NCBI GenBank assembly: GCA_043803945.1
Contig: JAZDJN010000016.1
Span: forward strand, 1-64,000
Direction of reading: 5' to 3'
Source of the DNA: a bacterium
GTDB taxonomy: Bacteria > Bacteroidota > Ignavibacteria > UBA10030
Length of the DNA stretch: 64,000 bases
The notes under the pieces are model-generated. The model ran no database searches, was not told where the DNA came from, and worked only from the letters and a program-made list of their open reading frames with translations. Position 1 is the stretch's first letter. The number at the start of each line of letters is the position of its first letter. This document shows positions 39,114-49,787 of the stretch, piece by piece. The position numbers and the translations under genes were made by a program.

Positions 39114-40162
39114 AGATCCTTCTTCACCACTTGTGGTAAGGAGCGATCCAATAGATCTTCTCCAGAAACAACCGCGAGAGCAATTTCGACCCAAAAGACC
39201 GGTTGTGATGCAAGGAAGTTTTTGCCAATTTCTCCAAGGGCACGAATTCTCATTAAATCCTTCTCCGTTGTAAAGATGTAGTCACTCGCAGTCGTTGCTG
39301 CGAGAGCAGTCACCCGTGCAAGATCGGAATCGGTATATGGATGATGATCAGAAAAAGCTTCATGATGTTTGATTTCGACCCCCATCGCACGAATTGTCTG
39401 CTCAAACGATTGAGGTGCTCCAATTCCTGATAAGAGAAAGCCTTTTTTCGTTTTCAGATTTTGCACATTAATACTGAATCCTGTCGATGCCCGATGAACG
39501 GCCACAATTCTGGTTTCAATCCCGATAATCGGTTTTTGAACCTTTTGCAAAAGACGCTCCTTCAACTGATTAAAATGATCAAGATCCCGGAATCGATTGA
39601 CTGCAATGAGTGAAGCCCGATTCAGAGATGACCAAGTGTCACGCCTGTTACCGGCCGGGAGCAGGGGTTCATGTTGCTCAAGTTCGGATGCAGTGAGAAT
39701 GACGATATCGAGATTGCGGCAAATATACCGGTGTTGAAATCCGTCATCCAGGACGATAACATTTGCTCCATATTGATCTATTGCTACATTTGCACCACGG
39801 ACACGCTGCTCATCAACGATCACAATCACATCGCTCAACTTTTCCGCCATTTGAAGGGGCTCGTCGCCCGCTTCTGATGCTGTGGCCAGGATATCCTTTC
39901 CGTTACTCACCGTAAGTGTTCCGTTCGTTTTGCGCCCATAGCCACGACTGACTACCGCAACTTTAAATCCCCGCAACTGAAGGTTGTTGACGATGAACTC
40001 CACTAAGGGTGTTTTCCCAACTCCGCCGGCGAGCAGGTTGCCGATAGAAACAACTGGCACGGAAAGTTTACTGCTTTGCAGCAATCCTATGTCAAAGAAC
40101 AAGTTCCGGAGCGCTACTCCAACTCCATACAACGAGGAAAGTGGAAGAAGAAGTTTGCGCAC
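39110..40162 (-). CDS. lpxK: Tetraacyldisaccharide 4'-kinase
   Basis: SIGNL.AGGVGKTP, SRGYG, GDEP, LDDGFQH, LLPAG, FSDHH, TTEKD. Confidence 0.95.
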   Translation of the reverse strand: MRKLLLPLSSLYGVGVALRNLFFDIGLLQSSKLSVPVVSIGNLLAGGVGKTPLVEFIVNNLQLRGFKVAVVSRGYGRKTNGTLTVSNGKDILATASEAGDEPLQMAEKLSDVIVIVDEQRVRGANVAIDQYGANVIVLDDGFQHRYICRNLDIVILTASELEQHEPLLPAGNRRDTWSSLNRASLIAVNRFRDLDHFNQLKERLLQKVQKPIIGIETRIVAVHRASTGFSINVQNLKTKKGFLLSGIGAPQSFEQTIRAMGVEIKHHEAFSDHHPYTDSDLARVTALAATTASDYIFTTEKDLMRIRALGEIGKNFLASQPVFWVEIALAVVSGEDLLDRSLPQVVKKDL

Positions 40163-40171
40163 GTTGATGGC

Positions 40172-41293
40172 CTACGTTAGTGTACTGATATGCTCCGCAA
40201 CCCGACGCGAAGCACCCTGTTCTCCCAATTTGTTTCTCAATTGAGAGAGATTCTCTTTCATTGTCTTCAGCCCCTGTTCATCATTCATCAATCGAAGCGC
40301 CTCGCGGGCTAGACGGTTTGCAGTGGCTTTCTCCTGAATGAACTCAGGCACAATTTCTTTTCCGGCGACGATATTCACCAAACCAATATTCCGGACATTG
40401 ATCAGTATTCTCCCGATCAGATAGGTGAGCCAGGAGGTCTTGTAAACGACAACCATGGGCGTCCCAAAAAGTGCTGTCTCCAATGTAGCCGTTCCTGAAG
40501 TAACAAAAGCAAATTCAGAATATCGCATCACCTCATAGGTTGCGCCTTTGACGAGGTGAATTCCTTCCACATTATGGAATGTTGTAAAATACTTCTCATC
40601 AAGTGTTGGTGCAACCGCGACCACGACTTGCATGTCTCGCTGTGCAGAGATCGTCCGGGCAGCCTTGAGCATTTCTGGAAATATTCGTTCAATCTCTTGC
40701 GGCCTGCTGCCGGGCAGCAATCCCAGAATCGGTTTCCGGGGATCCAGTCCAAAGTGTTTAACAAATCCGCTGCGCTCCAGTTGCACTTGCATCACTTCCA
40801 GAAGCGGGTGACCAACAAATTCCGCCCTGATCCCCTCACGAAGATAAAGATCAACCTCAAAAGGAAAGATCACCAGCATTGAATCGATGATTCCGCGCAT
40901 CTTCTTTATACGAGACCGATGCCACGCCCACACTTGCGGACTTATGTAATAAATTACACGAGTCTGAACCTTTTTCGCAATCTTCGCGAAACGAAGATTG
41001 AATCCGGGATAGTCTATCAGCACCACAGCGTCCGGTTTTCTGAACTTGAGCAATGAGGTAAGCGTTCGTTGGACAGAACGAAGTACCGGCAGATGTTTCA
41101 GTACTTCTACAAAGCCCATCACGTTGAGTTCGTTGACATGATAGACAAGTTCCATTCCCTCCCTCTTCATCCGGTCTCCCCCGATACCAAAAATCTCGAT
41201 CCCTGGATTCAGTCGTTTCAACTCCCGGACGACTCCAGCACCATGGAGATCGCCAGAAGCTTCTCCCGCTATGATCATCACCCGATTGACCAC
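40172..41293 (-). CDS. lpxB: Lipid-A-disaccharide synthase
   Basis: AGEASGD, IDYPGFN, YISPQVWAW, PFE, VGHPL, LPGSR, SGTATLE. Confidence 0.96.
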   Translation of the reverse strand: MVNRVMIIAGEASGDLHGAGVVRELKRLNPGIEIFGIGGDRMKREGMELVYHVNELNVMGFVEVLKHLPVLRSVQRTLTSLLKFRKPDAVVLIDYPGFNLRFAKIAKKVQTRVIYYISPQVWAWHRSRIKKMRGIIDSMLVIFPFEVDLYLREGIRAEFVGHPLLEVMQVQLERSGFVKHFGLDPRKPILGLLPGSRPQEIERIFPEMLKAARTISAQRDMQVVVAVAPTLDEKYFTTFHNVEGIHLVKGATYEVMRYSEFAFVTSGTATLETALFGTPMVVVYKTSWLTYLIGRILINVRNIGLVNIVAGKEIVPEFIQEKATANRLAREALRLMNDEQGLKTMKENLSQLRNKLGEQGASRRVAEHISTLT

Positions 41294-41296
41294 GGT

Positions 41297-41881
41297 TTAC
41301 CCTTTTGCATACCAAAGAACAATAAGCATGACAATCACAATTCCGAGTGCCTGAAGAGTACGCCGCTCTGAATGAAACGCCTCTATCCAGTTTGCATGTT
41401 GCCGCTCCTGCGATGAGTGGCGATACGCAGTAAGACGAGGGAAAAATCGCGGCACCTGTTTCTTGTATTCGCTGTACCCTTCGCCAAATTCCTTTTCCAG
41501 AAACGCCTCTTCCAATTGTACAATCATAACATACTGAAACGAAAAATAAACAAACGATCCGATGACGAGCCACGGTACGATTGCGTTTGCCATTATTCCT
41601 ACACCAACGTACATGAAAATATTACCGCTATAGAGTGGATTGCGCATATGGGCATACGGACCGGAAACAATCACTTCCGGTGCCCCGACGCTCGCCGTTA
41701 CACGCGTCAGGCTTCCGGCGTACGAGACACCCCACGATCGAAGAAACTCACCAAAGAGAACCAGTATAAGTCCAGCAACCATCGTGACGATTGTAGGATG
41801 CGCAAACACCAACATGATAATTATGAATGGAATTGGTGTATAGCTCCGGAATTGAAACAGCAGTTCTCTCAACTTCTTCAT
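41297..41881 (-). CDS. Isoprenylcysteine carboxyl methyltransferase (Ste14/ICMT) family membrane protein; possible LmtA-like lipid A methyltransferase
   Basis: GPYAHMRNPLYSG and EE.FL...FG..Y.EY...VPRFFP; several TM segments; 3 nt from lpxB. Confidence 0.85.
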   Translation of the reverse strand: MKKLRELLFQFRSYTPIPFIIIMLVFAHPTIVTMVAGLILVLFGEFLRSWGVSYAGSLTRVTASVGAPEVIVSGPYAHMRNPLYSGNIFMYVGVGIMANAIVPWLVIGSFVYFSFQYVMIVQLEEAFLEKEFGEGYSEYKKQVPRFFPRLTAYRHSSQERQHANWIEAFHSERRTLQALGIVIVMLIVLWYAKG

Positions 41882-41884
41882 CAG

Positions 41885-42601
41885 TCATCCTTGCATAAAA
41901 ACCTGACGCCTGGCCATCTCTGCCTCGCGCCGCTTCTTGAGTCGTTTCCGCTGCAGAATGAGTTCCAGACGCCGATGCACATCCCCAAAGTGTGTAAAGT
42001 CATGGTACGTGATATTACACTCCTGACAATACTTGATGAGCTGTCGTTTGGCGAACACGACATCGGCATATTGTGCCGGACAGCGATCCGAGATTCCATC
42101 TCCGATATAGATAATGATATCCTCATCTCCCGATAATGTCAGGAGATGATTTCGCTTACAATTCCCACAATCCGGGCATTCTGCATCTTCATACGGAAAC
42201 TCTGGTACGATTTTCGTGACCCCTTCACGTGTGACAAACGTCAGGTGATTTGAAAAGAACTGAAGATGTCCAAGTCCAAAGTTGTTGAGGATTCGTTCGA
42301 TATAGAAATCGAGCCCATCGCTCACAATGGTCAACGGAATTTCTTTCAAAGAACAAAACTCAACAAACTGTTTAAAATATGGATCGATCTCGCATGGTGC
42401 TACAAATGCTTCCAGCATTTCCGGCGTCAAATGCGGAACAGCTTCGCATTCCTCCTTAAGGCACTGTCGGGCTGTTTTGGTGCCCGCCAGATAGCCTTCA
42501 ACAATCTCTACGGCATTCGGGCCAACGAAGTTCTGGAAGAGGCGATTCCCCACATCATCACGGGCAACCGTACCATCAAAATCACAATACACTCGTATCA
42601 T
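41885..42601 (-). CDS. MtnX-like HAD-IB phosphatase
   Basis: CDFDGTV, IVSDG, GNCK, YIGDGISD. Confidence 0.85.
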   Translation of the reverse strand: MIRVYCDFDGTVARDDVGNRLFQNFVGPNAVEIVEGYLAGTKTARQCLKEECEAVPHLTPEMLEAFVAPCEIDPYFKQFVEFCSLKEIPLTIVSDGLDFYIERILNNFGLGHLQFFSNHLTFVTREGVTKIVPEFPYEDAECPDCGNCKRNHLLTLSGDEDIIIYIGDGISDRCPAQYADVVFAKRQLIKYCQECNITYHDFTHFGDVHRRLELILQRKRLKKRREAEMARRQVFMQG

Positions 42602-42620
42602 CGATTCACAATACCTTCAT

Positions 42621-45600
42621 CTACGATTTTACCACTGACTCGTTGAATCGTACCGAGACCAGTTTGGATATCCCCTCTTCTTCCATCGTCACTCCATAAA
42701 GTGCATTGGCAGATTCCATTGTCCGCTTGTTATGAGTAACAACAATGAATTGGGTATTGTCGGAGAACCTCTGTATGATTCTTGTGAACCGATCGATATT
42801 CGTATCGTCCAGGGGAGCATCAACTTCATCGAGAATACAGAACGGCGAGGGTTTCACCAGATAGATAGCAAAGAGGAGCGCAATCGCCGTTAATGTTTTT
42901 TCACCCCCCGAAAGGAGATCAATGGATGTCGGTCGTTTCCCGCGGGGCTTTGCGATAATCTCAATTCGCGCCTCAAGGGGGTCGACTCCTTCTTCAAGTT
43001 TCAGATCGCACTCATCCCCCTCATCGAAGAGTCCTTTAAAAGTCGTAATAAAGTTCTCACGAATGAGGCCGAAGGTTTCCAGAAATTGCCGTTGAGCAGT
43101 TGTATTAATCTCTTCGATCGTTGTGAGCAGTGTTTTTTCGGAATCGGTGAGATCCTGTCGCTGCGCATTGACAAAATCGAGCCGCTCTTTTTCACTTTTA
43201 TACTCATCAAATGCCGCAAAATTGACTGCACCGAGTGTGCGGATTTTTTCTTTCAGCCCTCGTACTTCTTCCCGGGCGGCATGGAAATCGAACGACTCAT
43301 TATCCTCAAAGGTCTGCAAAGCGAGTTCGAGATCAAATTCTTCCTTTGCCCTCCCTTTCAAATTTTCCGACTTCATGGTGAGTTCCTGAATCTTGAACTC
43401 GAGGTCGTGGGCAGCTTTCAGAGATCCTTCATGTTTGAGGCGTTCATCTTTGAGCTTGAGTTCGATCTCGTGCACCTGTGAGCGTTTTTGACCATGTTCC
43501 TGCTCAACCTCCACCTTCTTCTCGGTCAGGAGTGCAAACTCCGAGCGAACCGCAGTCAAAATCTCCTCTGTTTCTTTAACGACGGTTACCAACTGTTCGA
43601 TTTCTTCCCGTGCGGCAACAATGTCGGCGTTTCTCTGCTCGAATGTCGCAAGCAGTGATCGCGTCGTTGAAGTTGCATGGTCGATTTCCTGAAGCACACT
43701 CCGTTCTTCCCCCCTCGTGGAAACCACTTGCATATTCGCTTCATTAGCGACGCGCGAATATTCAATCCATAACGCTTCCATCGTTTCGAGTTCACTTGCC
43801 GATGAGCCAGAGAGCCTCTCAGTTTCAGATTTTTCAATTTCCATCTGCGAAAGGCGCGGCCCGAGGAGGTCAAGTTCCCGCTGAAGTTCTGCCGCTTCCT
43901 GTTTCATTCGATCGCCTTCAGCACGATTTCGGAGGATACTTTCGTGCGCTCGTTTCTTTTCGAATTCCAATTGAGCGATACGGATTTCAACCATCGTCAT
44001 CTGCTGTTCGAGAGTCTTCGCCTCCTCCCTCATCCCCTTGATATCAATTCCGGCGAGATCCTGATGTTTCTCCTGAATCTGTGCAGCAGTCTTCTCCCGT
44101 TTACGGATAAGGTTATTGATTTCCCCGGTGACCTCCTCGTATTGCTTGCGCCGTCCGATGAGCCCTCCCTCATCCTGACGGAGACTTCCTCCTCGGACAA
44201 GGCCGCGGTCGGTGATGATTTCCCCTTCCAGAGTCACGCAGCGGATACCCCGCTCTTTTAAGAGAATCCGTTTTGCGGTGTATACATTTTCCACAATAAG
44301 GGTATCGTCGAGCAGTACCTCATAGAGATGACGAAACCGTTCTTCAGTTTCAATCACAGCACTTGCCCATCCTATAACATCCCCATCCGCATAGAATGGG
44401 CGATGCGACATCAACTTGGGCAGGCGGTCCAGACAGATAAAGGTCGCTTTGCCTTTCTGGCCGCGCTTTAAATAGTCGATAGCGCTGTAAGCATCATCTG
44501 TGGAATCAACGATGACATAACTGACCGAATCACCGAGAGCAGTTTCGAGAGCAACCCGGTAGCGCGGATCGATTGTTACTGCTTCACCGACGGTTGAGCG
44601 AACTTTCGGCTTCCACTCCTCCTGAGTGATCAGATACCGGGCACCATCCGAATAGCCATCGAAGTTTTCTATCAATCCCTTGAGAAAATCTAGTTTCGCT
44701 TCCTTACGCTCCAATCCGCTGCGGAGATCGAAATCATCATTTTTCAACTCCTCGATCTCGTGCTGTACTTCAACCTTTCTTGCTTCGAGGGCACGTACGT
44801 GTGTCTCTGCTTCGGCATGCTGCGCACGGAGTGTCCGATCCTCCTTGGTCAGCGTCGTGATGAGTTCAACATTTCGTTCGATATCAACTGATGCAGCCCG
44901 CTCTTCCTCAGCGATATATTCCATCCTGCCGTTGATGTTTTCAATTCTCGCTTTCGCCTGATGCTGTCTGTCGCGGGATTCAGATATTTCATGGAGTACC
45001 ACGATGATCCGATCCTGATAGGCTTTAACTTCTATCTTCTTTGCATTCAACTGCAGTTCGAACTCTTCAAGCACGCTTTTCTTCTGTGCATACAATGCTT
45101 CGGCCTGGATCAATCGCTCCCGTACTTGTCGAAGGCCAGCCTCATAGTTTGCCAAACGCCGTGCGACATCTTCCTGGCGTTCACGGATTTGAACCTTTTC
45201 ACGCTCATACCGTTCAATATTGTTCACCTGCGAACGCCGGCGTTCATTCGACGTTGCGATCGTTCGTTCTAGCTGGTGCATTCGGGACTGCTGTTCTGTA
45301 GCATCGGTTTGCAGCTCAGACAACCGGTCTTCCAGTTCCCTCATTTCTGTCCGCAGGACATCGAGCAGCGTTTCTTCCTGGGAGAGTTCGACATCGATCT
45401 TGTTTTTCTCGGTGACAACAACGTTTAGTTGTTCCTGCAGAGGAGCAATCTTCGTCACAATGCTGGCATACTCGCGGCGAGCGAGCATCATTTCGAGCTC
45501 TTTCAATTGTTGGGCGAACTCGTTAAAACGTTCTGCCTTTTGTGCCTGGCGCTCGAGAGAATTCACCGCCTTCTGAACTTCTCGAACAATATCGTTGACA

Positions 45601-46169
45601 CGGGTCAGGTCGTGCTGGACACTTTCCAACCGGCGATAGGCCTCTCTCCGACGATGCTTATATTTTGTCACGCCTGCCGCCTCTTCAAACAACCGACGAC
45701 GTTCATCGGCGCGATCGCTTAGGATAGTCTCGACCATTTTCAGCTCAATCACTGAATAGGCATCCGAACCCATTCCCGTATCCATAAAGAGATCGCGGAT
45801 ATCTTTCAGCCTGCAGAGAGTTTTATTGATGTAGTATTCACTCTCCCCGGAGCGGTACACGCGCCGGGTAATGACAACCTCTGTGAACTCTGTCGGGAGA
45901 ATACCTTTGGTGTTCTGAATGGTGAGAGAAACTTCAGCGACACTTAATGGTTTCCGGTTTTTTGTACCATTGAAAATCACATCTTCCATCTTATCGCTTC
46001 GCAGTGTGGTGGGGCGCTGTTCACCCAGCGCCCATCGGATAGCATCGACAACGTTGGTCTTACCGCAGCCGTTCGGGCCAACGATACTCGTGATCCCGGC
46101 ATCGAATGTCAAATTAACTTTCTGGGCAAAGGACTTAAAGCCGAAAATATCAAGCTTTGAGAGATACAT
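42621..46169 (-). CDS. smc: Chromosome partition protein Smc
   Basis: GFKSF, GPNGCGKTN, coiled coils, hinge G.ATF, LSGGEK, LDEVDAPLD, VTHN. Confidence 0.97.
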   Translation of the reverse strand: MYLSKLDIFGFKSFAQKVNLTFDAGITSIVGPNGCGKTNVVDAIRWALGEQRPTTLRSDKMEDVIFNGTKNRKPLSVAEVSLTIQNTKGILPTEFTEVVITRRVYRSGESEYYINKTLCRLKDIRDLFMDTGMGSDAYSVIELKMVETILSDRADERRRLFEEAAGVTKYKHRRREAYRRLESVQHDLTRVNDIVREVQKAVNSLERQAQKAERFNEFAQQLKELEMMLARREYASIVTKIAPLQEQLNVVVTEKNKIDVELSQEETLLDVLRTEMRELEDRLSELQTDATEQQSRMHQLERTIATSNERRRSQVNNIERYEREKVQIRERQEDVARRLANYEAGLRQVRERLIQAEALYAQKKSVLEEFELQLNAKKIEVKAYQDRIIVVLHEISESRDRQHQAKARIENINGRMEYIAEEERAASVDIERNVELITTLTKEDRTLRAQHAEAETHVRALEARKVEVQHEIEELKNDDFDLRSGLERKEAKLDFLKGLIENFDGYSDGARYLITQEEWKPKVRSTVGEAVTIDPRYRVALETALGDSVSYVIVDSTDDAYSAIDYLKRGQKGKATFICLDRLPKLMSHRPFYADGDVIGWASAVIETEERFRHLYEVLLDDTLIVENVYTAKRILLKERGIRCVTLEGEIITDRGLVRGGSLRQDEGGLIGRRKQYEEVTGEINNLIRKREKTAAQIQEKHQDLAGIDIKGMREEAKTLEQQMTMVEIRIAQLEFEKKRAHESILRNRAEGDRMKQEAAELQRELDLLGPRLSQMEIEKSETERLSGSSASELETMEALWIEYSRVANEANMQVVSTRGEERSVLQEIDHATSTTRSLLATFEQRNADIVAAREEIEQLVTVVKETEEILTAVRSEFALLTEKKVEVEQEHGQKRSQVHEIELKLKDERLKHEGSLKAAHDLEFKIQELTMKSENLKGRAKEEFDLELALQTFEDNESFDFHAAREEVRGLKEKIRTLGAVNFAAFDEYKSEKERLDFVNAQRQDLTDSEKTLLTTIEEINTTAQRQFLETFGLIRENFITTFKGLFDEGDECDLKLEEGVDPLEARIEIIAKPRGKRPTSIDLLSGGEKTLTAIALLFAIYLVKPSPFCILDEVDAPLDDTNIDRFTRIIQRFSDNTQFIVVTHNKRTMESANALYGVTMEEEGISKLVSVRFNESVVKS

Positions 46170-48838
46170 TACCCTAAGTTCCTTGTAAGGTTCGAGAGAA
46201 ACTCAATTTGCGAGACAATTGCCAAGGTATTTTCGTAGTAGAAGAACAGCCCGCCAAACACAATGATGATAGCGAAAAATCCACCAACATAAGCCTGCGT
46301 TGAATTCACATCAAAGAGGACAGCAACACCCTTCAAAATTCTGATAATCGACCAGGCGATAAAAATTCCTATCACTGCAAAGGCTGGAAGAACGTAGAAA
46401 TTGGTCTGTAAAAGTTTGAAGAGAGCCATTCCCAGCGGACTGAGTAAAATAATGGGCAGGGAACCCCACACTGCCACTGTGAACGAATGATATGTTGAAA
46501 CTCTCCGCTTGACGAGGATGGATAGTATAAGAATTACAAACGTAAGGATGAGCGCCAACACGAGGAACAGCATGGTGAAGAACAGGATCCCAATGAACGG
46601 ATTCCACGCTGCGATGATTATGATCTCTTTGATCCAATCCCATGGGATGAACAGTGTTAACACAAGGTCAACCAATTTGTTAGTTCTGTAATTATATAGA
46701 ATACCTGACGTTATCAAACCCATCGTAATTGAGAGAATGATGATCATGAAAATGGATTGAGGAATGGAGACGCTATGAACATCTCTCAACTCGGCATAGA
46801 AATTATACGGACGGATCAACGAACGGATTAACGTCTCTTTAAACCGCCTGTTATAGTTATAAAGATAGGCAGTGAGAGCAATGATGGCAAAACCAAGGAG
46901 AATATGAGAAAATGGTAAGAGAGAACGGTACTCACCGAGTTTCAAGGCCTTTCGCTTTTCCCCATAGTACAGCAGCCGGAGAGTCTCATATGAAGCTCTC
47001 TTCTCGCGTGCAAGGCTCATAATCCCAACAGGATGAAGATAGGGATCTTCCGATTGTACCGAGAGCAGCGGTCTGTCTCCTCTCCAATCTGTAAACGCGA
47101 GTGCGAAGGAACCAGCGATATTCACCTCGTGAATAGCCTGGAACATCTGTTCGTAAAACTTTGCCTGCGCTAATTGGGACAGTGGATCGCTATAGCCATT
47201 GGAATTGTTATGAGCCACGACCCGGCTATAGCCGAGGAGAATGACAGGCTGATTTGTGTGATCCTTCTTCCATTCCGTCAATTGCTTTTTAAATGTTTTC
47301 ACGAACTCAGGAGGCGAACTAACCAATCTTCCCTGGACGCTGTTTCCGATAGGGATTTGGACTGCAGCAATATCAACGGCATCGGTGCAGACATCATTTG
47401 TAAGCATCGAGGATCCGAAGTAAATGGGCCGGGCGTCGAGTGACTTCATCTGCGACACGATCTGGTCAACAAATCCTCTCGCCCGCGGATCCGATGAATC
47501 GAACTGATCACCGATGCCCCATGCAATCACCGACGGTTGATGCTGATCCCGTTCTATCATTTCGCCGATCATTGTTTCCGCGAGGCTGACGAATACACCT
47601 TGGCCGAGAATTTCACCTGCCACATTCCACACCGGCGCCTCGATCAACGCGAGTAATCCGTACTTGCTGCAAAGGTCGAGCATGGAAGGGTGCGGCGGAT
47701 GGAAGGCGAAGCGGATTGTATTCGCTCCCGTCATTTTGATCAATGCAATATCTTTTTCCATCTGCTCATAGGTGAGCGTTGCACCATGCTTCGGCGAATC
47801 CTCCATCCAAACAATTCCATTCAGGATCACTGAATTTCCATTGAGGATAAATCGATCTTTCTTTATTTCAAATCGCCGGAAACCTATCGGCAAGGACATG
47901 ACATCAACAAGGTGCCTCCTCTTACCTTCGGCAATTGTGATTTTGCCCCGAAGGCTGTACAGATCCGGCGTCTCTATATTCCAAAGCTTCGGTGCGTTCA
48001 CCACGAGCAAAGTACTGACTTCATAATTTCTATTCGGCGGAACCGAGACAGCTTGCGGTACGGATTCTCCGAGCGAAGCTCCAGTTGAACGATCGACCAC
48101 CTCGATGGAGAAGAATGACTGCGAAGATCGGATACGATTGCTTAATGAGTCTGACGTCGTGTCGAATATTTTACTATTCAGGATGGCTTTTACATTTACC
48201 ATACCCTGTTTGAAATCGTCACTCACACCCATCCGCACAACCATCCGGTCAACCCAAAGCTTTGGCGTTGCCACCAATATGATATCGCGGAGAATACCTC
48301 CATAATTTTTCCATCCCCAGACTTGTTTTCGAACCGGGAGTGTGGCACGTGCACTGACCTCATTGGTGACCACCACCTTGAGGATATTCTCACTACCGAG
48401 CTGGAGCGTGTTCTCCGGGATATCTAATTCGATTTGGGTGTACCCGCCTGAATGCCGCCCGATAAAGACATCGTTTATGTAAAAATCAGATTCATAATTA
48501 ACGCCAAGAGCAACCAATTGAAAAGCATAAGAGGAAAGGAGTTCTTCGCTCACAGAAAATTTTCTCAGAAGTGTTACCTTTCCTTCATAATCGAAGGAGG
48601 AAGGAATCTTTACATCAATCCAACGTTCTTCATTCAGTGAATACTTCCACATCCCTGCAAGATCAATCTTCTGCCGAGTTGGAGATTCCGAGAGTATCCC
48701 ACCATCAACACTTTTAAAAAATGGCTGCCCATTTTCATAAACCTTCAATTGCCCCATAGCTATCCCTGGGAAAAGGAGTAAAAGGAAAAGAAGGATGGTG
48801 GGAAAATCCTTGAAAAGAGTTTGATTAATCTTTGTCAA
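46169..48838 (-). CDS. Glycoside hydrolase family 2-like exported domain fused to a C-terminal multi-pass membrane domain (catalytic residues appear absent)
   Basis: Signal/TM; H.GGYT, NYGGILRDI, PKLW...P.LY, GFRRFE...F.LNG, GAN.IR; about 6-7 C-terminal TM helices. TTG start is uncertain. Confidence 0.78.
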   Translation of the reverse strand: MTKINQTLFKDFPTILLFLLLLFPGIAMGQLKVYENGQPFFKSVDGGILSESPTRQKIDLAGMWKYSLNEERWIDVKIPSSFDYEGKVTLLRKFSVSEELLSSYAFQLVALGVNYESDFYINDVFIGRHSGGYTQIELDIPENTLQLGSENILKVVVTNEVSARATLPVRKQVWGWKNYGGILRDIILVATPKLWVDRMVVRMGVSDDFKQGMVNVKAILNSKIFDTTSDSLSNRIRSSQSFFSIEVVDRSTGASLGESVPQAVSVPPNRNYEVSTLLVVNAPKLWNIETPDLYSLRGKITIAEGKRRHLVDVMSLPIGFRRFEIKKDRFILNGNSVILNGIVWMEDSPKHGATLTYEQMEKDIALIKMTGANTIRFAFHPPHPSMLDLCSKYGLLALIEAPVWNVAGEILGQGVFVSLAETMIGEMIERDQHQPSVIAWGIGDQFDSSDPRARGFVDQIVSQMKSLDARPIYFGSSMLTNDVCTDAVDIAAVQIPIGNSVQGRLVSSPPEFVKTFKKQLTEWKKDHTNQPVILLGYSRVVAHNNSNGYSDPLSQLAQAKFYEQMFQAIHEVNIAGSFALAFTDWRGDRPLLSVQSEDPYLHPVGIMSLAREKRASYETLRLLYYGEKRKALKLGEYRSLLPFSHILLGFAIIALTAYLYNYNRRFKETLIRSLIRPYNFYAELRDVHSVSIPQSIFMIIILSITMGLITSGILYNYRTNKLVDLVLTLFIPWDWIKEIIIIAAWNPFIGILFFTMLFLVLALILTFVILILSILVKRRVSTYHSFTVAVWGSLPIILLSPLGMALFKLLQTNFYVLPAFAVIGIFIAWSIIRILKGVAVLFDVNSTQAYVGGFFAIIIVFGGLFFYYENTLAIVSQIEFLSNLTRNLG

Positions 48839-48956
48839 TTCGATGATTAGGCTGTAAAAGAAGTGCCGATTTTCTTAAAAAATCAGCGGATTTTGCCCTG
48901 CAATATAATGCAAAAAGTGGCTGAAATCAACGGAAAATACGGATTTTGCAAAAAAT

Positions 48957-48989
48957 AAAAGGGATTTTTTTGGCAAAAAACCCCTCTTT
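48957..48989 (-). terminator. Putative terminator after tpiA
   Basis: On the minus strand GGGG-TTTTTT-GCCA-AAAAAA-TCCC followed by a T run. Confidence 0.4.
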
Positions 48990-49025
48990 GGAATATTTCT
49001 TAAGGCTTGATTCAGATATGAATTA

Positions 49026-49787
49026 TTATGGAATGGCTGACTTGATGATGGCGGAAAAAGAGTCAGCTTTAAGGCAAGCACCACCCACCAAAGCTCCATC
49101 GATATTTGGTTGTGACAGCAGGACCGCAGAATTATCCGGCTTAACGCTTCCCCCATATTGTATAACAACTTGTTCAGCAATGGCTGCTGTATATATTTCA
49201 CCGATCAGGTTTCTGATCAAAGCATGAACCTCTTCTGCCTGCTGCGGTGTGGCATTTTTCCCGGTGCCAATTGCCCAGACCGGTTCATAAGCAATGATGG
49301 AGGCTGCGACATCCTGAGCCTGGATGCCGTTCAAGACACCCCGCACTTGAGCAGAGACTACCTGTTCAGTGACACCTCCCTCCCGCTGTTCGAGTGTTTC
49401 ACCGACACAGATGATGGGTATCAAACCAGAGGCAAGTGCTTTTTTCGCTTTTCGATTAATAAATTCATCCGTCTCGTTGAAATATTGCCGCCGTTCAGAG
49501 TGTCCAAGGATGACGTACTTGCAGCCGACAGATTTCAACATAGAAACCGACACCTCACCAGTGAAGGCACCTTCCTCTTCAAAATACATATTCTGTGCCC
49601 CAAGTTGAATCGCACTCCCTTCGAGAAGTGTTTTAGCACTCTCAAGGGAAACAAACGGTGGACAGATGATTGCTATAATATTGGAGGGAACACCTGCCAA
49701 GGCGGACTTTAATCCATTGACAAGTTCATGCGTCTGAGGAAGATTCTTATTCATCTTCCAATTGCCGGCGATTATTTTTGGTCTCAT
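49026..49787 (-). CDS. tpiA: Triosephosphate isomerase
   Basis: AGNWKM, GHSERR, AYEPVWAIGTG, YGGSVK, LVGGA. Confidence 0.98.
   Translation of the reverse strand: MRPKIIAGNWKMNKNLPQTHELVNGLKSALAGVPSNIIAIICPPFVSLESAKTLLEGSAIQLGAQNMYFEEEGAFTGEVSVSMLKSVGCKYVILGHSERRQYFNETDEFINRKAKKALASGLIPIICVGETLEQREGGVTEQVVSAQVRGVLNGIQAQDVAASIIAYEPVWAIGTGKNATPQQAEEVHALIRNLIGEIYTAAIAEQVVIQYGGSVKPDNSAVLLSQPNIDGALVGGACLKADSFSAIIKSAIP

Noticed and set aside
40857-42136. 238-aa and 239-aa alternative ORFs
   Set aside because: They overlap well-supported lpxB, ICMT and HAD genes in other frames or strands and lack protein-family features.
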